Program-made: the position numbers and the translations under genes
Assembly (NCBI GenBank): GCA_027923505.1
Contig: BROI01000020.1
Location: forward strand, 186,001-250,000
Origin: Mayamaea pseudoterrestris
Taxonomy: Eukaryota
Length of the DNA: 64,000 bases
Direction: 5' to 3'
Shown here: one piece after another, positions 12,617 to 25,567 of the stretch
Numbering within the stretch: position 1 is the stretch's first letter
How the letters are laid out: each line of letters opens with the position of its first letter
The notes under the pieces: generated by a model
Seen by the model: only the letters and a program-made list of their open reading frames with translations
Told to the model about the DNA's origin: nothing
The model's database searches: none

Positions 12617-13294
12617 CTCATTCCTTGAAGCGAAAAAGATCAAGGACCAGCGAAATCAAGCGTCCGTATGATAGGCGCCACAAAGTATGTCCTTTTTTAA
12701 TACTCGTTCTCTTTTTGAGGCCTCTTTTGGATCTAGATTATAGAGCGATGCAAGAACCAAAATACTCGCATGAGTTCTTGTAGAAACTGATCATGATCAT
12801 GGCCGAAGATGAGATGGAGCGGCCATAAGCTGCGCGATTGCACGCCACAACGTCATAAACTCGTACCGGTGTTCATCTATGCATTGACAGTGAAGCAAAT
12901 GCGAGTAGCTAAAGTTTCCTGGACGCTCTGCTGATCTGCTGAGCAGCATGCGACTTTACTAGCGGAACTGCTGCAGAATCTGTAGTTGACTGGAGCAAAA
13001 GGGTCGGAGCAAGTGCATGCACCACATTCAGCGGCAAAGGAAGGGCAGAAAGGTTGGAGCAGCAGCAAGAGTCAAAATTAGCAGCAATTTATTGGCGACT
13101 GGTTGTGGTAGACCTCCACAACTTCAGCCAGTAGAGTTAGGAGCCGTTACGAGCTTGTCGCAAGTAGTATTGGAGGGAAATTTCGACAGTATGGATGCTA
13201 CAGGTGCCAGATAAGCTGGCGAGCAATGCATGTGTTGGTGGACTGATGCGAAGTGTGCGATTTTAGTCCAAAAAATAAGACATTGCGTATCTTA

Positions 13295-14584
13295 CTATTT
13301 AAATTTGTACTTTACATCTAAACCTACAAGTTCACAACTTTGCTTCCAAAGGCCATCCATCAGTGCATTGTCTTGCGCAAACGCCTGTAGCTTTTGAGGC
13401 CTTCGATTCACCCAGTAGCAGGATTGTGCGCGTTGCTCCATTACATCCAGTCGGTCTCGCGGCATGCTCGCCACGGCAACTGTACACCACGCACCCTGCG
13501 GCGGTGTCTTTTGCAGCGTCTGAATGAGCGCACCAAGGAGTCGATTGCCAATCTGCATGAACCATGGCATGTTTCGTGTCACGTCGGTTCGCACGAGGCC
13601 TGGGTGAATAGCGTGCGCGGAAAATTTCGTGTTCGCTTCAACCTTGCACAGAGACTGAGTAAATAAGATATTGGCAAGCTTACTAGCTGCGTATTGACCA
13701 AACAATGAGTACGGTCGTCCATTTCCATTTGTATTTGTACAGAACAAGTCGTTTCGTATGTCGATGCCATCCATGAGCGTGTAGGTGCTTGAGGTCACGT
13801 TCAATATGCGCGCGTCGTCGTCGACGACCAAATGATCCAGTAGTAACAATGTGAACAGAAAATGACCAAGATGATTGGCTTGCATGACGAGTTCATGCTT
13901 TTCGTCGGTCCAAGCTTGCTCGCCCATCATGATTCCGGCATTGTTGATCAACACATGGATCTTGGGCATGGTTTGTTTCACCGTTGCTGCAGCTTGACGA
14001 ACGCTCCGACAGCTACTCAAATCAAGTTGCAGCAGCTGTATACGCTGTTCGTCAATCTCGACTCCATCCTTCCCTTTTAGAGTCTTGATGAGGTCATCCT
14101 TGGCTGCTTTTGCTCGCTCCAAGCTCCGGCATGCCATAATGACGGACGCTGCACCCATTTGCAGGAACTGCAACGCCGTCTCTTTGCCAATTCCTGCGTT
14201 GGCTCCGGTAATCAAAACAACCTTGCCTTGCATGGATGTTTTTCGAGGTGCTGGTCCACCTTCCACTTGGTCACGTCGAGTAAATCGAATCAAGTAGATT
14301 GCAGCAAAATTGGTAACAATGGACGTCAGCACAAGCGTCATTGGCAGGACAGGTTCCTCAGCACCTTCAGTTAGTTTTCTTGCATTGTCTTGTATTTGCA
14401 TATAATGGGCCAGTGCAATGATACAAAGGGTAAAGTGATAAATGCAAGGTCTCAGCAGTCGGAGAAGCGAATCTTCGCCCCAACCAAACAAGAAAATGGC
14501 GACCACCGTTGCGTAAATGAGCGACAAAAACGGGAGCAATGAGAGCATGAGCAGTCTGGAAGAAGATGTTAAAGTGTATAGCAT
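13295..14584 (-). CDS. Short-chain dehydrogenase/reductase (retinol dehydrogenase/WWOX-like) with N-terminal TM segments
   Basis: 'VVLITGANAGIGKETA', 'LINNAG', 'QANHLGHFL', catalytic 'YAASK' and 'IHPGLVRT'. The first ATG is at 14584. Confidence 0.9.
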   Translation of the reverse strand: MLYTLTSSSRLLMLSLLPFLSLIYATVVAIFLFGWGEDSLLRLLRPCIYHFTLCIIALAHYMQIQDNARKLTEGAEEPVLPMTLVLTSIVTNFAAIYLIRFTRRDQVEGGPAPRKTSMQGKVVLITGANAGIGKETALQFLQMGAASVIMACRSLERAKAAKDDLIKTLKGKDGVEIDEQRIQLLQLDLSSCRSVRQAAATVKQTMPKIHVLINNAGIMMGEQAWTDEKHELVMQANHLGHFLFTLLLLDHLVVDDDARILNVTSSTYTLMDGIDIRNDLFCTNTNGNGRPYSLFGQYAASKLANILFTQSLCKVEANTKFSAHAIHPGLVRTDVTRNMPWFMQIGNRLLGALIQTLQKTPPQGAWCTVAVASMPRDRLDVMEQRAQSCYWVNRRPQKLQAFAQDNALMDGLWKQSCELVGLDVKYKFK

Positions 14585-15011
14585 GATGTATCGTATGAAA
14601 GTCTCTTTGACAAAGGAGAGAGGGAGGAGTGAACGGCAGTGAACGTCGAATGGGTAAAAAATGACTAGAGGATAGAGGAGACGATGCGCCACGGAGTCTT
14701 TGGTATGCTAAGATGTCCGATATTGTTCACCCTTTCTAACACTTGAGTACTTTTCGGTTGTAGATGGTATAGGGCGATGTGATGACTAAAGGAAATGAAA
14801 GGGCGACGCTCACTAACATGCGCTCATCAAACATGGCCGAGCGATCATCACTGCTACGCAGCATTTCTGCAACGTCATATTATCTTACCGGTGTTGACAT
14901 GTTGGGCGACGAGCTTCGAAACGATTCCAACGAGTTCAGCAATCACTGTGACAATCAAAAGCGTGTTACAGTCGCCTTGCATTTAACCAAACAACCACAA
15001 TTTCAAGGAAA

Positions 15012-15785
15012 ATGGTGCTCTTAAAAACACTGTCAGTGGCGTCTACCGCATGTGCTTCCTTGGTGCTTCTTTGCAGTCTCTTGGCGCCACACATTTCATG
15101 CGCTTCTCCTGCGACCCGCAATGCCTACCACTTGCGCGAACGCCAGCAAGCTTGGCGAGCAAGCGAAGCAAAGCACATTGAGAACCACATGCAGACTTTG
15201 ACGCAAATGGAAACGCACGAGCGGTGGCGAAGGTTGCAGGAGACAACAGTTGCTGGCACCTGTTCCTTCTACAATTCCTTTTTGAGTAATACCATATGCG
15301 TCGAGTTTCGCGGCGACAGTTGGTCATCAAGTACCATGCAGACGGCTTGCCAGCAGTTGACTGGAACGCTGGTAGAGTCATCGTCAGCGGCGTCGTCCGA
15401 CGTTTCTTGCCCAATTCCAAGTAACTTGGCCGGTTACTGTTTGATTGCGCAGTCTGGTTTAATGGCAGCCTCGCCGCTCCCCGGTGACTGTAATGGCAAC
15501 CAAAACTTGTGCGAAACAACCTTGCAAGGAACATGGGAAGCGGCGGGTGCTTGCGGTGGAACGGGCGGTGCGGTGAACGATGACGATTCGAGTGTGACCG
15601 GCAGCAACAATGCCACGAATGGCAACGATGGGTCCACCAATGTCACTGGAGCGTTTCCTGATTTTGAAAATAGTTCCAATTCAAATCAAGATGAAAGCTC
15701 GGGTTCATCGCTATTTGGAGGATTCCTTTTTCCAGTGGACTTGGTTGCTTTTCTGTTAATGATGGCTGCAAGTGCATTCGTATAA
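15012..15785 (+). CDS. Secreted/surface Cys-rich protein with RRL propeptide site and hydrophobic C-terminal (GPI-like) tail
   Basis: Signal peptide, 'RWRRLQ', an 8-Cys domain, a Ser/Asn/Gly-rich linker and a hydrophobic C-terminus 'LVAFLLMMAASAFV'. Confidence 0.7.
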   Translation: MVLLKTLSVASTACASLVLLCSLLAPHISCASPATRNAYHLRERQQAWRASEAKHIENHMQTLTQMETHERWRRLQETTVAGTCSFYNSFLSNTICVEFRGDSWSSSTMQTACQQLTGTLVESSSAASSDVSCPIPSNLAGYCLIAQSGLMAASPLPGDCNGNQNLCETTLQGTWEAAGACGGTGGAVNDDDSSVTGSNNATNGNDGSTNVTGAFPDFENSSNSNQDESSGSSLFGGFLFPVDLVAFLLMMAASAFV

Positions 15786-16117
15786 AAGGACAAGTAGTAA
15801 GGAGTCACTGTCACGACATTGCTGGCGATGCGGCAAGCTTGTTTGCATTACAACATTCGAATGCGAAGCAGTGAGTGATCGGTGGCTCTCATGCACGGGC
15901 CGAATAAGATTGCTGGCTATGACGCGCTTCTGCTATGATATATGCTGAATGGAACAGATCGTGTACGGGGAGTGCTGCATAACTGCATACAAGAGTCATA
16001 CTCAAACATTAACGTTAAAGTATTAAATGCAGGCTGAAGACATCAAAATACTGATCCGCAAACCATTCTCACGTAGCTCTAAACAACAATAAAGAAATAT
16101 ACCAGGAACAAACTCTC

Positions 16118-17496
16118 TCACGACCCACCACCTCTCGGGGTCGATCGGTTGGTCAATGTTGCACTCGCCGTCGTTGATACGCCATCCTCCTCTGGCATTG
16201 GTCGAGCCTGCTGGTTGGCACCCTTTTTGCTGGCGCCACTGCGACTAAGGTTGGCCACTTGCAGTCGAAAGCACAAGGCTGAAAACCCTTCCATCAATAC
16301 CTTGCACTGATCGGCAGTCACGGCAGTAATATCCACCGTCCGAGACTTGAAGATCAAGGCAAAACTCTTGTGCGCATTGGCTGCTTCACACTTTTGTCGC
16401 AAAATTGGTGTACCCGTATACATGGGACTTAGTGGATCTGGACTCCAGGCATGACGTACTTCCGAACAGATTGACAAGTCCAGTTTCGGCGGACGCTTGG
16501 ACGTTGGCGGCTCGCCTTCGGCAGGTTTCCAGCTCAGCGATCGGCCATCGGGGTGAATGTGAAGCACGCGAAGGCGCGACTTGCACCATCGGGATCGTCC
16601 GTGCTTGACAACGGTAATGCCGCTCCGCAAACGAGCGACAAAGCAACGAACAATGAAATCAGATGCATTCGTGCAACCAGTCGCTGGTTTGAATGTCGGA
16701 AGGTACATGGGCATGCGAACTTCGTGCGTCTGTGTTGCAGTGGAAATGGATTGACCTGATGACATGTTCATAAATTCCTGAGGAACGTCAGCTTCCTCCT
16801 CGTCTTGCACCTCAATACCTTCACCGGCAATTTGATCCGAATCCGGATAGTCATCAAGATCGCCATAGCTTTCATCCTTGGCGGCCGAGTCGGATGAGGA
16901 CAAGCCGGGTGGATTCATGCCGTGGTGCGCCGTCACTGCAGAAACGTTTCGAGTGGCGCTGGGAGGTTTCGTCGGCTGCTGCTGTTGCTGTTTTTGTTGT
17001 TTCTGCGCGACAATTTTCATCTCCCTGCTTCGCGCTGCTTTATGCGACTCGGGCACTGCCTTTTGCTTTCGTATTTCTGTTAATTTTATATATACAGTAA
17101 CGGTGAGCTTTAATGCAAACTGCTGCATGAATAGCTAGCGTTCGCCGTTTGCTCACCTTTTATTTCATAAACATCATCCGATCGGCCAGTCCTATCATTA
17201 TTTGCAGACTCGTCAAACAATAAATGACCAGAATCGTGTAGCATGCTTGGATAATCCATTCGTTGTCGCCCATCCTTGACGACTACTTCATCAAATTCAT
17301 GGCTACCAACGCGCCGCTTATCCTTAATGCCAGGCACAAGTTCCGCCAAATTCTCCAAGTCAGTTTCGCTGCTCACATCCTCATTATTCTTGTTTTCGCT
17401 CGCAAGGCCGCGAATTTTACTTAAATCAGCCGTTGCAGCGGCGGGGTTGGCAATGTAGTCGTCGCCGTCGTGATCCTGGCTGCTGTCGCTATCCAT
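16118..17496 (-). CDS. PH-domain protein (PLC-type PH-like), 2 exons (intron 17077-17156)
   Basis: 'LRSGITVVKHGRS..KSRLRVLHIHPDGRSLSW...LDLSICSEVR...SFALIFKSRTVDITA...LMEGFSAL'. The GTGAGC...CAG intron is in phase. Confidence 0.8.
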
Positions 17497-17922
17497 ATTA
17501 TGTGCTGCCTTCTGCTGTTTTTATGTGCTGCTCTTTCTCGGGGCTGCTGATAAATTATCTTGTTCCTGCTGAATCGGCAGACGACAATATTACGCCGCTA
17601 ATCAATTCGTTTGCTTGAACACTTGGTAAGTACTTGTAGACGGCAAGAGACGGAAGGTGCGAGGTTGCAGAAGCTGTCACCTGCCATTTTGCAGCCCGCA
17701 AAATTTTGCGGGGTCACGGGGCAATTGCGGAGCAAGGCGCGGAGGATCTTGCTTCGTTAAGTACCGTAGCGACGCGTATGCGACATTTTCGTGACAGCGT
17801 CACAAGCGTCACGCATCCATCCATCGCAACAACGAAACTCATTCGATTGTGTGTACATATTACATATACACATCTCTTTCATCTTGATACTGTAGTTGAG
17901 ACAGACGGCCCAATTTATAGCT

Positions 17923-20028
17923 ATGGAACGTCACGATTGTAATTTCGATTTTATCAAAAGGCGAGATAAATCTTGTCGCCGGAAACTTGCTCGACTCCAG
18001 CCTCTTTTCGTTGCAGCAGCATTGGCCTCGATGACCCTTGGCATTCGCATATCCTCGGCCTTTATACTACAAGTTCCATCGAAACATGCGAGCACTCCTG
18101 CAAGAGTCACTCGCTTCATGTTTGAGGAAAAGGCATCCTTCTTTCGCCGCGACGAGGAACCAGACGAAAAAGTCACTGCACGGGGCAAAGTCAACTCGGA
18201 CGGACCAAACTGGATTGAACGAAGCTTTGCCGTCACTGGGACGGATGAGCAAATCAAAGCATCCACTGTACTGGATTACAATGTCGGAATATCGGGAAAG
18301 TCTTACCAAACTGGTCCACTGGCGGAGCGCATGTATGCGACAATGACGCAGCGATCCAAAGTACTGCAGTCTGCAAGCGAAAACGACGACGAACAAGTGC
18401 AGGAGCTGCAACGAACCTTTAAAATGATTGCCATGGACTGCGCCGCCAAGGAGGCTGTGCGAGCAGCCTTGCTGGAGAATGGATTAGAAATGGTGCTGCA
18501 GCCAGACGAGGAACAAGTCGGAGAGTGGGCATCCGTGGATTCGATCCGGCTTGTGCGGGACGAAACGTCATCGTCACTACCTGTCCAACTCTATGACGAC
18601 TGGGAGGAAGTTGTTGACGACTGGACGCCAGGACAAGGCTTTGACTTTGTTGTTCGACAAGTGCCGGCAAAGATGCGTGCATTGTCACTGGACGAGCTGT
18701 TGCAGGCGCTGGACCCCAAGGGTGAATTGCGGAAGGAAGCGGAAGATGCCGGCATGACCGTTCCGGATGGAATTATGCCGCAGAGTTTGGAGGATTTGGC
18801 AAGCGCCAATGTACAGCGAGTCAATGTTGCGCCAAGAGAGGCAGTGTCGGAACAAGATGCCTTTGCTGGAGACATGGCCAAGCGCGGCTATCGGCCGATT
18901 CATGCCAGCGCACTTGCCTCGCTGAATGCCGATGGCACGCTCGTACATGCTACCATGATGCACGTGATGGATGCCTTGGTGTCTCATGGATGTCTCATTG
19001 TGGATTTGACCAACGGAGGCGAAACCTTTGCGAATGCCAAAGTTATTGCCGAAATGTGGAAAACGACGGAGCGCTTCTTTGAGCAAGCTGACAGGGGAGA
19101 ACTGCCGGAAGAGATTCAGGGAATGAAGACTGCCGAAGAAGTTGGTTCGACTCATGCGAAGGTCGGTTTCGCCAGTTACGATAACGGCAATATGCAGTTT
19201 CTGGAAACGCGACTGGCAAGGACTGGCCAGATCCTTCCGTCATCTACTGAAAAGGTTCTGGGTGACGCAGGATGCACGACACTTCGAGATGCCTATCAAA
19301 TTTTAGCCAGTGTCGCCAAGGATGTTACTAAAACTGTCGTTGCGAGCTGCAGTCAAGAGGTTGGCGCTGTTGACGGCGTAAATGCAGTTACGTGCGCCAC
19401 CAAGCTTGTAAACGAAATAATCGACGACGGGATGCCAATTCAGACCGACGTGGAGCATTCCGAAGGACCAGTTAGTATGAGCCCGCATCGGCTTTGCCGT
19501 TATTCGAACAATCCGCAAAAGAACGCACCTGAAACGTCAAACGAGACGCGAGAGATCTTTGGTGCCCACACAGACTCAACATTTATTACTGTTGTCCCAG
19601 TAGCTCTTGTGCCTGGCCTTGAAGTTTTTGATGAAGCAGCCGAAAAGTGGTATCGACCCGAAAAGGCTGCCAGGATATTTTGGGAGGAGGAACAGAAGGC
19701 TGCTGGAAACGATGCCAGTTCGACGAACGAAACTCTTAAGGACGGTAGTATAGTCCCTTGGTATAGCCGATATGCTGTTATGATGCCTGGCGAGCTGCTG
19801 CAAGTTTTTGCTCGAAGTGAAGTGCTTGCATCGGTTCATCGTGTGGTGGTTACGCAAGAGCAACCGTCACGCCTCAGCGCTCCAATTCTCGTCCGAGGGC
19901 GTCCAGGAACTTCCGTTGATATTGCTCGATATGTTGGTGCTTCAATGGGTGATCGGATATTGGAGCAGTGCGAAGGAAGAAACATCAACGATATCTATGA
20001 TCTGATGCAGGTTCAGTCTTTCCAGTGA
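17923..20028 (+). CDS. 2-oxoglutarate/Fe(II)-dependent oxygenase (IPNS-like fold), probably plastid-targeted
   Basis: Facial triad 'GAHTDSTFIT...SVHRVV' and RxS 'RLSAP'. The N-terminal hydrophobic stretch ends 'SSAFIL'. Confidence 0.8.
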   Translation: MERHDCNFDFIKRRDKSCRRKLARLQPLFVAAALASMTLGIRISSAFILQVPSKHASTPARVTRFMFEEKASFFRRDEEPDEKVTARGKVNSDGPNWIERSFAVTGTDEQIKASTVLDYNVGISGKSYQTGPLAERMYATMTQRSKVLQSASENDDEQVQELQRTFKMIAMDCAAKEAVRAALLENGLEMVLQPDEEQVGEWASVDSIRLVRDETSSSLPVQLYDDWEEVVDDWTPGQGFDFVVRQVPAKMRALSLDELLQALDPKGELRKEAEDAGMTVPDGIMPQSLEDLASANVQRVNVAPREAVSEQDAFAGDMAKRGYRPIHASALASLNADGTLVHATMMHVMDALVSHGCLIVDLTNGGETFANAKVIAEMWKTTERFFEQADRGELPEEIQGMKTAEEVGSTHAKVGFASYDNGNMQFLETRLARTGQILPSSTEKVLGDAGCTTLRDAYQILASVAKDVTKTVVASCSQEVGAVDGVNAVTCATKLVNEIIDDGMPIQTDVEHSEGPVSMSPHRLCRYSNNPQKNAPETSNETREIFGAHTDSTFITVVPVALVPGLEVFDEAAEKWYRPEKAARIFWEEEQKAAGNDASSTNETLKDGSIVPWYSRYAVMMPGELLQVFARSEVLASVHRVVVTQEQPSRLSAPILVRGRPGTSVDIARYVGASMGDRILEQCEGRNINDIYDLMQVQSFQ

Positions 20029-20119
20029 AACTCGCTCGCATACAGTGAGTAAATTGACGCTACTTTTGTTTAAGAATGCTATCGCTGTCAACCGCAATTA
20101 TTATCAATGAATTTAAGAG

Positions 20120-23062
20120 TTAAGTATTGAGCCAGATATCAGCAACGTCTTTCTCCGTAAACTTGTTGTTGCAGGTGGGACACTTGCGGTTTCGGCTCGT
20201 AATACGCTCTTCAACGCAGTGCTTGCAATGAAGGTGTCGACAACGTAAGATAATGCACTCCTTGTCTCGGTAATGACAGACTGGGCAGGCCAACTTGCTT
20301 TTAAGAACTCCAATTTGAGTATTGAGCTGTTGCACCGAAAAATTCGATGTACTCGAGTCAGCAGGACCGCCGTTAGAATCAGACACATGAACCTGCTTGT
20401 CTGCATTATCGCTTGCTTTGCGCTCCGCCTTTTTAACAAGATCGACAAGATCTCGTATTTCGGCATTCTTTTTCTCGACTGCGTCAACCAACTCATCACT
20501 GCGCATGATAGCGTTTGCCAGCTCAGCGTTCAAATTTGCGAGTTTTTCTCTGGCAACTGACTCCTCTCTCATCAGTCGATCTAGATCTCGTTTCGATGCA
20601 GCAAGCATTTCTTTCAATGAGTGCAATTGCTTATCAAGCGCAAGTTTCTCCTGCACGACTTCCTCTGATACACGCTCTTTCGCATTTGCTGCAAGTCGTG
20701 CTGCTAGAGCTAACTGACTCGCACTTTTCGCTTGTTGCTCGAGACTATCGCGCTCAGCGACAAGCTGCTCCGTCATACCTTTCAAATGCAAAATCGTTGA
20801 CAAAGATTTGGCATTCATTTCGTCTTTTTCGTTCATCTGCTTCAGCAAGCGAGCATTCATTTCCAACAACGAGTCGCGCTCTTTTTCTGCGCGTTCAAGC
20901 TTAGACTTTGCCGCTTCCTTACTCGCCAAAATGGCTGACATATCCTTCCTCATGCGCCGATGTTCGCGATGTAGCTTTTCAAATTTTTCGGCCGATGGAA
21001 CTCCGGTTGAAGCAGTTACACCGCCATCTTTATTGCCAGCGATCGATGCGTTACTACCGCCGTCCATGTTCAACGGAAGCGACTCCTCCAAATTCGCACT
21101 ATTGCTCTCAGCAGCAATATTGTTACCATTATTTTCGCTAGCCGCAGCCAGCTTGCTCTTGAGATCGTCCACCTTCGTATGAAGCGACTCATTCAACGCC
21201 AATGCATTTATTAAATCCTCGCGGGATGACTCGGCCTGTCGAACGTTTTCGATTGCTTGAGTCAGTCTATGTCGTAAATGAATAATCTCCTGGGCCTGTA
21301 ACTCCGAATGTGCTCTGAGCAATGCTGCCGGTACATCACCATTGTTTTCAGCTGGTATTTGCTGCTGTGAAGAATGGGAGCTCTCATCTAGTTGCTGCTG
21401 TTGGTCCCCGTCCCTAAAGGTTGCACTCAGCTCTTCCCACTTTTTTGCAAACTTTTGTTGTTGCTCTTCCATTGCCTGCTGAATAGTCTGCTCGTTGCCT
21501 AGCGCTACGGCCCATTTTTCTCTAACATCCTGCAGTTCAACTTCGAGCGAGCCCATTGTAGCTTGTGCTGCCTCCAGCTGATGCGCTGCTCCCTGAAGTA
21601 CTTCCAATTTCCGTCGATCGTCGTCTGGCTGCTGTTTTGCTGCTAGTTGATTAATCCTTTTCTCCTTTTCCATAAGTTGGTGCGAGAGCTGTGCGAGAGA
21701 GGATATGTGAGGTAAAGAATGATATCAATATTACGCTTTTCCCAAACGCGCCACACGTACACGCTGTATTGATTCGTCTCGGTTCGCAACCTTTTGTTCC
21801 AAATCTTGAACTTGTCCATGCAATGCTTGCACTTGCGCCGATGTGGCGCTGCTGGTCTCGCCCCTCATGCTATCGTTCAGCTCGTCGTGGTTGTGACTAC
21901 CGTTTAAATTCTCGTCGTGCTGATTCCTTCTGACTTGATCCGCTAGTAAATCTTGCTGGTCAGCCCATGCACCCAAGTCTTCGTCTTGGTCCATATTTAG
22001 CTCATTCATGAATTGTTCCTTTGTCAGCAAACCAGCTTGCAGTTTGTAAAAATTTCGCCGAAGCTTGCGTTCATTCGCAACCGCATCGGATCGAGAAGCT
22101 ACAGACTCGGCGAGTTCTGCACGCAAATTGGCAACTTGTGATTGTAGTTCGTGTATTTGGGGTTGGTGCTGACAGGGCGAACATTCCTCTGGCAGGCCAG
22201 ACTGCTCGGGTCGTTTCAGTAATACACTTGCTAGTCTATTTTGCAAAATAGCAGCGCGAGCAGAAATATTGGAAGCGCATTGATGCGACCATTCTAAATC
22301 ATGTATACTTGAAGAAGAATCGCTGGTGCAATTATCAAGGCCATTCTTTAGTGGCAGGCTTTGCCCAAGCTCTGATAATGCTTGCGAGAGCGCCACGGTC
22401 CATTCCACCGACTCTCCCGACCCAGTTGATGCTGTCATAGGAACAATAGCTGCTGATGAATCGACCGCACTATTTCCATCTTGGGGAGCTGATGATGCAA
22501 TAATATGTTGCGACGAATTACTCTCACCATTGCTACTGCTCGCAACACTCTTGACTAATTCTTCTTCCAACTGCACCCACGAAACGTGCAGCGACTGAAT
22601 CGCTTGGACTGCTCCCGCGCAATGCCTTCGCCGGTCATCTCGTTCCGCTCGAAGAGACTGTACTTGGTCGTTCAAGTCGCGCCACTCAACGGCAAGGGCT
22701 CGATTCTGGTGTCGAAGGTAAAAGGCATTGGCATCGTCGGGAACGGATAGCTCGGGGCGCTTCCTGGAATTATTCGTATTATCTGCTGGTACAGAAGCAA
22801 ATGACGCCGTCGCTTTTGGTGAATTACTTGCAGCAGTGGCCATGACTGTATCAGCCGGAGACGTTAACACTGCATCGCTCGAAACTGTCAATGGAGGTTC
22901 CGAAACATGGTCGGCAATGGAGGTCAGAAAGTCACTCGATGACGACGACGACACTGGCGCCGTCGCGACTCGTCGTAGCTTGGCTGGAGGCAAGGTTGAA
23001 TCTTGCTGAGAAGGACTTGATAGCGACTGCTGCTTGACTCGTTCGGCTAGTGCTCGCTTCAT
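20120..23062 (-). CDS. BRE1: E3 ubiquitin ligase BRE1-like (H2B monoubiquitination), 2 exons (intron 21689-21760)
   Basis: Long coiled coils, N-terminal 'LRHQNRALA' and a terminal C3HC4 RING 'CPVCHYRDKECIILRCRHLHCKHCVEERITSRNRKCPTCNNKF'. Confidence 0.85.
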
Positions 23063-23447
23063 TCTTGCTGCTGCTGCTGCAACGCCACACACGAGCAGGC
23101 TTCGCTCGTTCAGAAATCAATTAAATGCCAAGCTACCGGCAAACTTAAATTTCTCTTGCTTCTCGTCTTGATTCTCGCCAAAGACTTGAACAAGGTGCAG
23201 TAGAACTATCCGCTAGTAGCAATAATGGTGGTGGACCCGCGGCGCCGACTTGGTCCTTGCGCGAGATTTCTGCAACTGGCGGTTTCTTGAACGTCGTCTG
23301 GCCGTCGTCCAACGGGTACTGAGCCGGTGAATCACGCTGCGATTCGGAATGGCGGCGCGATGCAGCGAGAGCGAGTTGACCATGGCCTCATTGTAGCGCA
23401 CGCTTGTAAATAAATGGAGCGTCTTGCTATATTAATTGACATTGACG

Positions 23448-25431
23448 ATGAATAATGACGACGCCATTGCGGAGAATATTCAACTTGAAGGACTTATTGT
23501 GATGCATCAGGATGATGACAATGAGGGTCACGACAATGTTGCACCGGAGGCGGTGGAGCAGCAGCAGCCGCAGCAGCAAGAAGGACCAGATAATATTGAC
23601 GACGATGATGACGAAGAAGAACACGAGGAGGAAGAAGACGAAGATGATGATTGTATAGAAGGGGGAATTGCTGATCCTGATCCGGAGAACAAGTTTGTAG
23701 GAAAGGCCAAGGAAGCGGACATTGTAAGTACATTTATTCATGAGCTACTGCCTCCTGCTTTGAATTAATCATTCCTGACGCTCTCTTTGTTTCATTGCGT
23801 ATACGCATCAGACACTGTATCTCCTTTGTACGGAGACCTTCGATCACCTTTACAAACCAGATACGCATCCCGTTCTCAAGCTGAACCAGTCTGTTCGGAT
23901 TGGTCTCGGTAAGGCCACGCTCCTTGAAAAGGTTATGCAACGTTACACTGTCATTTGTAATGAGCTTCGTCCAGAAGGTACTGAAGCAGTCGATGTATCG
24001 GATCTCGATTTTATTCATGTTCAGCTACTCAAAGCCATTGATACTCCCGAGGCTGCTGCTCTTATGAAGAATGACAAGATTAGAGTATTGCGAGAACGCC
24101 GAACGCAGCGCGCCCACGACTTGGAGCGGCTTCGGCAGCAGCGCGAGTACGATAAAAAGTTTTTTGAACAAATGCGTGGGTGGCTTGCCATGCCAAAGGT
24201 TGGAAAAAAGATAGCCCTACTTTGCCGGTCGAGTGACCAGCACGACAATATGCAAACGTTCGATGTTGTACGCTGCGATGAAGCCATTGTATCGAAAAGG
24301 TGCAAGTGGCTTGGAGCTTTAATTTCAAGACAAAGGCAGTATGAACTGCTGCGCAGAGAGCAAAATGGAAGTCGTGTCAGCAATTTGAGTGAGGACGATG
24401 ACAATGTTCAACCAGTTTATGCCAATGAAAGACTCGACCAGGAACGCCGTATTGAACGAGCACTAGCCATCGCTCATATTGAGAATGATAATTTCAACGG
24501 ATTATTCTTTGAGCATTCTGCTGCTGCGCAAATCGAAAATGACGACGAAGACTACTATGATGGAGAAGCTCCTTCTGCTCTCGAGGTTCCGATTCCACTT
24601 GATGTTTCTGCAAACGCAATTCGCTTGTTGCTGGAGTATATTTACACAAATCGCGTTGCTTCGTTCGGTGTGGACGCTTTCACCACAGCTTGTCGCACCC
24701 GACCTTCTGAAAAGCGTTTGGAGGGCCCTGTGCCACCGTTTGACGTTGAAAGACGAGTTAGGCAGTGGCCAAACAAGGGACTACCACTGTTGTCGTTTGA
24801 GGATTGCATTGCAGCAATACAGTTGGGAGAATTGGCATCCATGCCTCGCTTTTCGCTAATGGCCGAAATTGCGGCATCGCTGAAGCTTTCGGGACGCAAT
24901 GTCGTAAGCGCCTTGACACTGTGTGAGAAGCAACGGCAACTTTCGGGGAACCCATTGCCGCGCCTTCGAAAGGCTGTCATGATGGTGCTTAAATGTCATC
25001 GTATCTTGAACGAGCCATCATTTCTTGACTCTTTAAATTCGCAAGGCAATGAGATGATTCCTTCGCTCCTTTCCGGTGTGGTTGATGCTGTGGAAGCAGA
25101 AGACAGCGCTGATTATTACAAAAGGAAAAAGGCTCGGCTCGACGCTGCACCAGATCAATGGCGTCGACAATCCATGGCATATTTTCCTAAGATTGACCAA
25201 ATGGAGCGAAAAGCTCGCGATTTAGAACGATCCAGCCGCCGCGAACTCATTGATAAAGGCCGGCGAAGTAGTCGTTTTACTGAAGCCAGATCAAGAAATC
25301 ATGGCTTAAAACGGTCTGCTCGTCGTATAGCGCCCGATGTAGGAAATCAAGTGATTGCCGGCATTCGAGGAGAAGGTGTCGAAACTCGGTCTATGGAGAT
25401 AAGAGCTTCCAAGCGACGTCGCAGAGTGTAA
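23448..25431 (+). CDS. BTB/POZ-domain protein with acidic N-terminus and basic C-terminal NLS-like tail, 2 exons (intron 23724-23811)
   Basis: 'VRCDEAIVSKRCKWL...VSANAIRLLLEYIYTN' is a split BTB motif. The GTAAGT...CAG intron joins 23448-23723 in frame to the 23935 ORF. Confidence 0.72.
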
Positions 25432-25567
25432 CTTAATACAGCGGATACTACACAGGGACAGTTATAAGCATTTTGTCACTAGCTGCCGAGAGTATGAAAT
25501 TTAGTATGTAGTTACATTCATAATTTGATTACGAGTACGCGATTGCAGAAGTAGAGGATATCATTTC

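Noticed and set aside
12877..13250. Possible gene or pseudogene between MscS and SDR
   Set aside because: It has only short ORFs with stops and no recognisable motif.
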